NCBI GenBank assembly: GCA_002352485.1
Contig: DEIM01000225.1
Location: 12,450 to 53,203 of the forward strand
Direction: 5' to 3'
Source of the DNA: Candidatus Dadabacteria bacterium UBA2774
GTDB taxonomy: Bacteria; Desulfobacterota_D; UBA1144; Nemesobacterales; UBA2774
Length of the DNA: 40,754 bases
Positions 33,953-40,754 of this stretch are shown one piece after another. The notes beneath the pieces are model-generated. The model ran no database searches. It was not told the origin of the DNA and was given only the letters and a program-made list of their open reading frames with translations. Numbering within the stretch: the first letter of the stretch is position 1; every line of letters starts with the position of its first letter. Both the position numbers and the translations under genes were made by a program.

Positions 33953-34678
33953 TTAAGCTGTTGTATACCTTTTCCGAATTGCTATAAATCCGACCAAGCC
34001 TAAGATTCCAGCCATTGCTATCAAACCCCATTCAGAAAGGGTGGGGATGGGTCTGGAAGGATTGCCCGTTGCAAGATGTAATTCCGGTAATACCCACCCT
34101 GCAATTGGGCCGGTACTCATTTCGACACGATTGAACGGTTTTCTTGTCTGAAAGAACCTTGTCTGGAGATTATCTGTATTACCTATTGTGATAAAAGCAA
34201 CTAATGAATCTCCTAAATAAAACTCAAATAGAAAGTTTGCATTCTGGTCTCCTATTTTTAAACCGAATTCGTTAGTGGGCTTGTCTAGGTAAAACGTGTA
34301 CGACCTTGAATTCCCAAAGACCTGGTCGGGATCTACTAAATAAAGTCCGCCCGAACCGTCGGGATTCGGAGATAAAGCTTTCCCTTGCGGATTGAAAGAA
34401 TCCCATATGTCGGTCCCCGCAACAGGTTCAATAGTAATCTTTGTTAATGTTGATTCGGGGAAAGCATTGTTAATGGCCTGAACTGATGTTGGGCCAGTTG
34501 GTAAACCATCAAATGTAATTACGGTATTCGGTACGGTTAGAGCTGGAATTTCTCTAGCACCGTTCGGAAAAGGTATAGCTTCAGCACTTACGGTTTCATC
34601 CTGGGCTTGTGATAGAAGCGGAGTAACAAGAATAAAGCATAAAGTGATTAAAACTGAAAATAGTGTTTTATTTTTCAT
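33953..34678 (-). CDS. IPTL-CTERM sorting-domain protein
   Basis: 241 aa with SD aaggag. Signal peptide ending SQAQD. The C-terminus PIPTLSEWGLIAMAGILGLVGFIAIRKR is the IPTL motif, a TM helix and a basic cluster. Confidence 0.8.
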   Translation of the reverse strand: MKNKTLFSVLITLCFILVTPLLSQAQDETVSAEAIPFPNGAREIPALTVPNTVITFDGLPTGPTSVQAINNAFPESTLTKITIEPVAGTDIWDSFNPQGKALSPNPDGSGGLYLVDPDQVFGNSRSYTFYLDKPTNEFGLKIGDQNANFLFEFYLGDSLVAFITIGNTDNLQTRFFQTRKPFNRVEMSTGPIAGWVLPELHLATGNPSRPIPTLSEWGLIAMAGILGLVGFIAIRKRYTTA

Positions 34679-34717
34679 CTTCCAATCTCCTTCGTAACTC
34701 CCTGTTATTTTTAATCT

Positions 34718-34746
34718 ATTCTACACAAATTTAAGAACAACCACAA
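34718..34746 (-). promoter_or_regulatory. candidate promoter of the IPTL-CTERM gene
   Basis: On the minus strand: TTGTGG (complement of 34741-34746), 17-nt spacer, TAGAAT (complement of 34718-34723). Confidence 0.3.
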
Positions 34747-35034
34747 TCATTTCGAGAAAATCCGTCCCATCCGTTCACAGATGATACTTATAGCGTACGT
34801 AGGGGTACCCCCTGTTCAGCACCCCCGGGGGGTGTAGGTATGCAGGTACCCCCCGCCCATGCAAATATTCCAGACACCCCGGCATATTTTTTTCGTGAGA
34901 AAGTAGAAGAAATATTGGGATAAAACCGAAATACTGAAGGTAATTAGAATAGCTATAAAGTATTACTTGCTTAATAACGCAAACTTAAAGGCAGTTTGAC
35001 AAAAGGGAACACTACATCTGTATAACTAAATATA

Positions 35035-35283
35035 CTACTCCGTAGAACCCTTCAGTCTCAATTGCTCAGACGTATATGCCATTGCGGAGGAATAGGCCGA
35101 GACGCAGTAAGGCACGAAGAACGTGAGCGTACTTTTCATTAAGAGATCCGGAGTTATATTGAGCGCCAGGAGGTTGTCGTGATGATTAATTATTATCAGG
35201 ATCGGCGCTACAATTACTGCAACCCTTATAGCCCTCCATACCGTCTCTTTTCTAAAGAAGTTTTTAAGAAATAGTGTCATCAT
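35035..35283 (-). CDS. NrtS-like small two-TM membrane protein (putative nitrate/nitrite transporter family)
   Basis: 82 aa. LIIINHHD and FFVPYCVSAYSS resemble the conserved NrtS motifs as I recall them. From memory only, not a search. Confidence 0.45.
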   Translation of the reverse strand: MMTLFLKNFFRKETVWRAIRVAVIVAPILIIINHHDNLLALNITPDLLMKSTLTFFVPYCVSAYSSAMAYTSEQLRLKGSTE

Positions 35284-35333
35284 ATCGGTATCTAAAATAA
35301 ATGATTGTGAGAGAGAATGCTACGTCTTAGCTA

Positions 35334-36278
35334 CTAATCTGATCCGGAGCTTCCTCCGGCCTTGAAAACAAGCGTATCTGGTCTGAACGTATACCAGGCA
35401 AACCAGTAAGAGATGAAGGATTCAACAGGCTTACCACTCTTGTCGGTCGCAGTTACAAAGTCTCCGTCACTAAACCTTACAACTATGTCCTGTCCGCCCA
35501 ATTTGTCATTAAACGGGGTACTGGTCTTCTTGAGCTCGGAAAAAGGATAAGCTTTTGCTTCATCACCAGAAAGAACGACAAGAACTTTTTCCTTTGGATG
35601 AAACCTGTTGCTCGTGTTTCTAACCGGGAACATTATCGTGCTTGAGCCTTCGTATCCGCCGTAGGGCATGTTGTCATAATCACGACGATAACCCGTGTTT
35701 CTGGAAAGGACAACCGTGTTGGGATGCTCGCTTTTCCACTCCTTCCATGTGGCGAGGGTCGAGGGAAGAATATCAAACTTAGTACCTGTCATAGGCCCGG
35801 TCACAGCTTTCATATGGAGCTGCGACCATAGGCTCTCTGTCTGCCGGTCGTAGAAAAGGACGTCTGACTGATGAAGCAAACCCGAGATACCATACGTGTA
35901 GACTTTCCCTCCGATATTCCTGTCAAATACCATAGTCGAGCCGCATAGCGGGCAGTATGAGATGAGCACAGGCTTTCCGCCCACATTATCGTTTACCGCC
36001 TCGTGCCATACGAGTATCCTCAGGGGATATGCCCTCTCCACACCGCCTATACTGACACCCGTCACAAGGTCGCCGTCCCTTAGCCAAGTGGCTTTGTCCG
36101 CAGGCTCGAACCTGGGGTTATTAATGGCGGGTATGCCGTCCCGCGGTGGACCTCCGGAGAAAATTTCATTCTCAGGAATTAGCCCGCCGGAGACATCAAA
36201 ACCGTTATACTGGGCGTAGGATAGCGTTGCAAAAAATAACAGGCAAAAAACTAGTAGTAATGTAGAATATATTCTCAT
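35334..36278 (-). CDS. DUF3179 domain protein (secreted)
   Basis: 314 aa with a signal peptide. DGIPAINNPRF, RAYPLRIL.WHEAVND and SYCPLCGS motifs. Confidence 0.8.
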   Translation of the reverse strand: MRIYSTLLLVFCLLFFATLSYAQYNGFDVSGGLIPENEIFSGGPPRDGIPAINNPRFEPADKATWLRDGDLVTGVSIGGVERAYPLRILVWHEAVNDNVGGKPVLISYCPLCGSTMVFDRNIGGKVYTYGISGLLHQSDVLFYDRQTESLWSQLHMKAVTGPMTGTKFDILPSTLATWKEWKSEHPNTVVLSRNTGYRRDYDNMPYGGYEGSSTIMFPVRNTSNRFHPKEKVLVVLSGDEAKAYPFSELKKTSTPFNDKLGGQDIVVRFSDGDFVTATDKSGKPVESFISYWFAWYTFRPDTLVFKAGGSSGSD

Positions 36279-36365
36279 AAAAAGTTAGATGACCGAAACC
36301 AACTTAAGTTTCCGTCTAAAATACAGATTCATTTCAATTAAAAGAGTAATAAATCAGGAGGCATT

Positions 36366-38177
36366 ATGTCGGCAATTAAAAACACGAGCAATATGAACTG
36401 GGACCTTACGAGCTACTTTCCGGAATACGGTGGCCCGGAGATGAAGGAGTTTAAGGCAAAGTTAAAAAAAGATATTCAAACGATGAAAGACAAAGCGGCT
36501 TCTCTTTCCCATCTGGACAATGAAAATCAGGAGGATTGGGAAAAGATATTTATTAAAAATGAGGATATAGCCGCTCGTTATTCTCATCTGAGATCTTACA
36601 TAGGGTGCCTGGCTTCAGCGGACAGCCTTAATGAGGATTTTCTTAAAGAAGAGGCCGAGATGGCAGCGCTTGGGGCTGAATACTCAAAATTAAGCGTTGA
36701 GCTTCTAAGATCAATTAAGGCCGCGTCGGACGAGGCATTCTCAAATTTTACTAACCTGAGCTCGCTTGAAACGGCTGCGTATTATCTGGGCCGTGTTCGT
36801 GAAGAAGCTCAAAAGAAAATGAAACCTGAAGAGGAGATACTCGCCGCGGACCTTGGTGTGGACGGAATAGGCGCATGGGGCCGTCTGTACGATACTGTAT
36901 CGAGTAAGCTCGAATTCGATATGGAATATCCCGACGGAAACGTCAAAAAACTCCCTATGTCTCAGAGACGCTCGCTCATGGAAACGCCGGATAGAGATAC
37001 ACGAAAGGCTGCTTTTGAAGGGGGTAACAGAGCCTGGCAGGGTATTGAAGACGTCGCGGCAAGTGCTCTAAATGCCATTGCGGGCACTCGTCTTACTCTT
37101 AACCGCCACAGGGGGATAGACCATTTTCTTGAAGTGGCTCTATTTCAGTCATCTATTAGCAAAAAAACTCTGGATTCGATGTTCGAGGCAATAAACCAGG
37201 AGATCGATCTTCCCCGCGAGATACTCAGCTACAAAGCAAAAACCATGAAGAGGGACAAGATCGCCTGGTTTGATTTAGGCGCGCCCCTTGAGCTTGAAAA
37301 CCCGAAGAAACTTGAGTGGAATGATGCGAAAAAGCTCGTTGGAGACTCTTTCACTACTGCCTACCCAGAGCTTGGGAAATTTGTGAACGGGGCTTTCACA
37401 AAGAACTGGATTGACTATACGCCCCGCGAGGGTAAACGCCCCGGGGGATTTTGCACAGGGTCACTGTTAACTAAAGAGTCCAGAATTTTTATGACTTACA
37501 ACGATACGATAGGGGACGTTCTTACCCTCGCGCATGAAGCAGGACACGCTTTTCACAGCCATGTAATGCGGGATATACGTACCTACGCCCACTACTACCC
37601 CATGACGCTTGCCGAGTCTGCATCTACGTTCGGGGAGATGATACTTGCTGAAGGGGTATTAGAAGACCCTTCTGTAGAGGGCTCCGAGAAAGCTCTCATG
37701 CTCGACACAGAAATAAATCACGGTGCGATTTACTTGATGGATATACCGGTGCGTTTTGAGTTTGAAAAAGCGTTTTACGAGGAGCGCCAAAAAGGGGAAG
37801 TGAGCGTCAGCCGTCTAAAAGAGCTTATGGCTGAGACCCAGAGGCGTATCTTCGGGGATGTGCTCGAAGAGGGAGGGGAAGATCCTTATTTCTGGGCCTC
37901 TAAGCTTCATTTCTATATCACTGGGGTAACGTTCTATAACTTCCCGTATACATTTGGCTATTTACTTAGCCGTGGGCTGTTCTCAATGTTCAAAAAGGAA
38001 GGCCCTGACTTCCTTCCAAAATATGAGGAGTTTCTCAGGCTCACAGGCTCTGACACAGCAGAGAACGTAGCAAGACGGAGTATCGGGCAGGACCTTGAGT
38101 CACCTGAATTCTGGGTGGAATCTATTCGAACGCTTAAAGAACCATTTTACAGACTAAAAGAGATTTTAGAAAGCTAA
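36366..38177 (+). CDS. M3-family oligoendopeptidase (PepF-like)
   Basis: 603 aa. Zinc motif HEAGHAFH with a downstream E (AESASTFGE). SD aggagg. Confidence 0.88.
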   Translation: MSAIKNTSNMNWDLTSYFPEYGGPEMKEFKAKLKKDIQTMKDKAASLSHLDNENQEDWEKIFIKNEDIAARYSHLRSYIGCLASADSLNEDFLKEEAEMAALGAEYSKLSVELLRSIKAASDEAFSNFTNLSSLETAAYYLGRVREEAQKKMKPEEEILAADLGVDGIGAWGRLYDTVSSKLEFDMEYPDGNVKKLPMSQRRSLMETPDRDTRKAAFEGGNRAWQGIEDVAASALNAIAGTRLTLNRHRGIDHFLEVALFQSSISKKTLDSMFEAINQEIDLPREILSYKAKTMKRDKIAWFDLGAPLELENPKKLEWNDAKKLVGDSFTTAYPELGKFVNGAFTKNWIDYTPREGKRPGGFCTGSLLTKESRIFMTYNDTIGDVLTLAHEAGHAFHSHVMRDIRTYAHYYPMTLAESASTFGEMILAEGVLEDPSVEGSEKALMLDTEINHGAIYLMDIPVRFEFEKAFYEERQKGEVSVSRLKELMAETQRRIFGDVLEEGGEDPYFWASKLHFYITGVTFYNFPYTFGYLLSRGLFSMFKKEGPDFLPKYEEFLRLTGSDTAENVARRSIGQDLESPEFWVESIRTLKEPFYRLKEILES

Positions 38178-38205
38178 GGCAATAGAGCGCGGGTGGTGGA
38201 AATTA

Positions 38206-39129
38206 TCACTTATCTAAGATACTAAGCAGACCCGTTTGTGATGAGTGAAATACCATATCTACTATTAAGGTTGCCATGATTACGAGCATATAGATGATAG
38301 ATACCCCAAACGCCCTACCGTACCCCTTGTTATTTATAGTGCTCCAAATTATCACATAGTCAAAATAGACACCTGAGATTACAGCGAAAATCGCAAAGAA
38401 TATGCTGGCGTAACCCAAAAACCAAAGCGACAGGCTGAGAGGAAGTAGGGAAATCGAATAAAGAAGAATCATGACGTTTGTGAACTTCGTACCGAGTGCT
38501 ACGGGCATTACTGGCACTCCGGCCTTTTTGTAGTCGAGCTTGTATTTCTGAGCAAGGGCCCAGAAATGGGGCGGCTGCCAGAGCATCATGAATATAAACA
38601 ATATATAGCCATCTGCACCTATTGCGGGTTGCACGGCTGAGTAGCCTATTAAAACCGGAAGCGCTCCGGGAAGCCCGCCAAGTATAGTGCCGTAGGGAGA
38701 GCTTCTTTTTAAATAGAGCGTATACAAAAGGGTATAGCTAAGCAGCGCGGCGATGGTTAATAGGGCGTTTACAACATTTAAGTAATAAAACGAAATGAAC
38801 ATAGAGATGACTATAAACACCGACGCTATGACCACCGCGGTCTTCACCCCAACAGCCTCAAGAGCGTCTACCCGCTTGCTGAGCCTGTTCATCAGGATAT
38901 CGATCTGCTTATCGAGTACGTTATTTAGAATTGCGGAGCCTGCTGCACTGAGTAGAAGAGATACGAGAGCAAGTACTAATAAGGAAAGAGAGGGAATACC
39001 GCGGTTTGCAAGCATAATTCCTGCAAACCCTGTGAAAGCAACGCTCAGAATAATCCCGGGCTTAGCAAGTAGAATAGTCGATACCACTATCTTTGCAGGA
39101 GCGCTTTGAGCTTGTTCCATAGTATTCAT
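38206..39129 (-). CDS. ctaB: protoheme IX farnesyltransferase (heme O synthase)
   Basis: 307 aa. UbiA-family polytopic protein. NNVLDKQID Asp-rich motif, and KLDYKKAGVPVMP typical of CtaB/CyoE. Confidence 0.88.
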   Translation of the reverse strand: MNTMEQAQSAPAKIVVSTILLAKPGIILSVAFTGFAGIMLANRGIPSLSLLVLALVSLLLSAAGSAILNNVLDKQIDILMNRLSKRVDALEAVGVKTAVVIASVFIVISMFISFYYLNVVNALLTIAALLSYTLLYTLYLKRSSPYGTILGGLPGALPVLIGYSAVQPAIGADGYILFIFMMLWQPPHFWALAQKYKLDYKKAGVPVMPVALGTKFTNVMILLYSISLLPLSLSLWFLGYASIFFAIFAVISGVYFDYVIIWSTINNKGYGRAFGVSIIYMLVIMATLIVDMVFHSSQTGLLSILDK

Positions 39130-39159
39130 TTCACACGAACCTGTTGACTAGATTTTAGA

Positions 39160-40014
39160 TTATACACTACTTTCCCGCATACCCCGAAACCAGGTGTAGA
39201 ACGCTGCGGTTAAAATGAATAGCGCAACCAGGAGATGGAGAGCTATGATCAGGAAGTGAAGCTTTGAGCTTACTACAAGCACGCCAAGGAGCACTTGAAC
39301 GATTATAAGCCCCAGTATCACAAGTATTTCATTCCGGTACTTTTGGAGCCCTTTTTGTGTATAAGAAAATAGCAAGAGCAGGAGCACTATCGCGGTTATG
39401 ATATAAGCCAGAGCCCTGTGAGCGAAATGGTTCAGTATGATGCCTGACAATTCAGGTGGCACCCAGTAGCCAAGACAGGTGGGGAAATCGGGGCACGCAA
39501 GACCGGCATCGGAATGGCGGACATAAGCGCCCAGAACCGCCTGGCATGTAACTAGCATGGCAAGGAGAAAAAACACACCCTTGTAACCGTCGATGCTGAA
39601 GAGAGTTTTTTGCTCTACCCCGTCAAAGGACACCATGTAAAGTACCAGTAGGAATATGACCATCGCGTTTGCGAAATGGAATGTAGTAAGGTCTACCGGA
39701 AGCTCTAGGAGTACGACTATACCTCCAAGGATAATTTGAAAAATGAGAAGAAGTACCGTTATAACAGGGACAGCTTTTACCGCACCGATATAACTCCTAA
39801 CGCGCTGGTAAGCGAGTATGACAATAAATACGGATGTGACACCGCCGATTACCCGGTGCATGAATTCCATATAGATATCCCATCTGAAGGGTGGAAGCAC
39901 TCTGCCGTGGCAAAGCGGCCAGTCGGGACATGCAAGCCCTGCCTTAAGGCCTGCTACCAGGTTCCCCCATATTAAGAGTAAAAACAGAAGAGTAAGGGCT
40001 ATCTTGGCAATCAT
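39160..40014 (-). CDS. ctaA: heme A synthase (COX15/CtaA)
   Basis: 284 aa with 8 TM helices. Paired Cys motifs LACPDWPLCHG and LACPDFPTCLG. Conserved His in the TM helices. Confidence 0.85.
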   Translation of the reverse strand: MIAKIALTLLFLLLIWGNLVAGLKAGLACPDWPLCHGRVLPPFRWDIYMEFMHRVIGGVTSVFIVILAYQRVRSYIGAVKAVPVITVLLLIFQIILGGIVVLLELPVDLTTFHFANAMVIFLLVLYMVSFDGVEQKTLFSIDGYKGVFFLLAMLVTCQAVLGAYVRHSDAGLACPDFPTCLGYWVPPELSGIILNHFAHRALAYIITAIVLLLLLFSYTQKGLQKYRNEILVILGLIIVQVLLGVLVVSSKLHFLIIALHLLVALFILTAAFYTWFRGMRESSV

Positions 40015-40029
40015 ATAATTTAAAACCGC

Positions 40030-40338
40030 TCAGATAGGAAACAATCTGGTAAACGTATCGAGTATAGTCATACCTATCAGTAAGGCCAATAGAGCTAAGG
40101 GGAAAAGAGCAAATCCCCAGGTTATACTGTCTTCAAATTTCAGGTGCATAAAGAAGAGCGCGACCACAGCTGCCTTGACGGAGGCAACACTCATCGCTAT
40201 GACAATATTGAATATACCTACGTCTACGTATGATACGTATACGGTAATAGCCGTTAGTATCATTAGCAGAATCCATATTAATATGTATGTTTTATAACTT
40301 GTTATGTGGTGTTCTTCGCTGCTTGAATGTGATGACAT
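40030..40338 (-). CDS. cytochrome c oxidase subunit IV family protein
   Basis: The ATG at 40338 has SD GGAGG (complement of 40351-40355), giving 102 aa with three TM helices and HHITSYKTYILIW...LTAITVY. The ORF-track start at 40395 would overlap coxIII by 40 nt. Confidence 0.7.
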   Translation of the reverse strand: MSSHSSSEEHHITSYKTYILIWILLMILTAITVYVSYVDVGIFNIVIAMSVASVKAAVVALFFMHLKFEDSITWGFALFPLALLALLIGMTILDTFTRLFPI

Positions 40339-40355
40339 TGTATGTTGATACCTCC

Positions 40356-40754
40356 TTAGCCTATTAAATAAAGAAGCGGGAATAGATAAATCCAAATTAA
40401 ATCCACTAAGTGCCAGTAAAGCCCGCCGAGCTCTACCGGGGTGCTGTATTTTTGATTGAATTTGCCCTTCATAGTCAGGACGAGCACTGTTGAAAGAATA
40501 GCGATACCTATAAACACGTGAAGCATATGAAGGCCGGTCAGCATAAAGTAGAGAGAGAAGAATATGCTGGTGTCGGGATAAATATGGTGTGAGAACTTAG
40601 CACTGTACTCAAAATACTTGACCACAGCGAATGCAAGGCCGCACAAGATCGTAATTAGCAGCATAAGAGAGGTAAGCTTCCGCTTGCCCCTTTGGATTGC
40701 GGTAACACCGACAGCCATTGTCATACTGCTGAAAATAAGTACGCATGTGTTTAC
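40356..40754 (-). CDS. ctaE: cytochrome c oxidase subunit III (5' end outside the window)
   Basis: The frame stays open to the window edge (…VNTCVLIFSSMTMAV…). FSLYFMLTGLHMLHVFIG and YWHLVDLIWIYLFPLLYL are typical of CoxIII. Confidence 0.85.
   Translation of the reverse strand, partial: VNTCVLIFSSMTMAVGVTAIQRGKRKLTSLMLLITILCGLAFAVVKYFEYSAKFSHHIYPDTSIFFSLYFMLTGLHMLHVFIGIAILSTVLVLTMKGKFNQKYSTPVELGGLYWHLVDLIWIYLFPLLYLIG

Noticed and set aside
33857-34773. 17-nt direct repeat AAAATCCGTC(T/C)CATCCG (33857-33873 and 34757-34773) flanking the IPTL-CTERM gene. Each copy contains ATCCG-N4-ATCCG. This could be cassette boundaries or an operator.
   Set aside because: My rough estimate is that a 16/17 match is expected a few times by chance among all position pairs in a 40-kb window. 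The flanks do not extend the similarity. It is only worth a look if the motif recurs genome-wide.
1-40754. Search for mobile-element genes, CRISPR arrays, toxin-antitoxin pairs or known defence-system signatures.
   Set aside because: No transposase, integrase or recombinase motifs, no repeat-spacer arrays, and no recognisable nuclease, ATPase or defence gene pairs were seen in any of the listed ORFs. The absence is by eye only, and an HMM scan would be needed to be sure.

Overview
This is a 40.7-kb, densely coding chromosomal segment from a diderm (Gram-negative-type) bacterium. I support about 38 CDS, one tRNA and one gene remnant. I recognised no rRNA, CRISPR array, transposase or integrase. 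All protein family calls come from reading motifs in the supplied translations; no database search was possible.

Core and housekeeping content:
- enoyl-CoA hydratase, Era, a GT39-like membrane glycosyltransferase and AspS
- a four-gene ABC-2/GldG/DUF4340 operon
- a translationally coupled frhB-like/korA/korB 2-oxoacid oxidoreductase operon
- an exported pentapeptide-repeat lipoprotein
- sucA-sucB (2-oxoglutarate dehydrogenase E1/E2, with no E3 gene), a GT2 glycosyltransferase, RecG and a sigma-70-family factor
- at the right end, DUF3179, an M3 oligoendopeptidase and ctaB-ctaA-coxIV-coxIII (coxIII runs off the window)

The accessory-looking part is about 26-35 kb and is rich in exported proteins of unknown function:
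- a consensus-promoter-driven small acidic secreted peptide
- a small Cys-rich ORF
- a lipoprotein with a papain/C39-like peptidase signature and a Pro/Thr linker
- a decayed duplicate of the Cys-rich ORF's 3' end abutting tRNA-Pro(CGG)
- two further secreted/OmpA-family proteins, an aldo-keto reductase, DUF547, a lipoprotein, an IPTL-CTERM protein and an NrtS-like mini-membrane protein

The most interesting candidates are:
1. the FrhB-like flavo/FeS-ferredoxin fusion coupled to KorAB
2. the repeat-bounded peptidase and Cys-rich-peptide module next to tRNA-Pro
3. the stand-alone unit of consensus promoter, acidic peptide and hairpin
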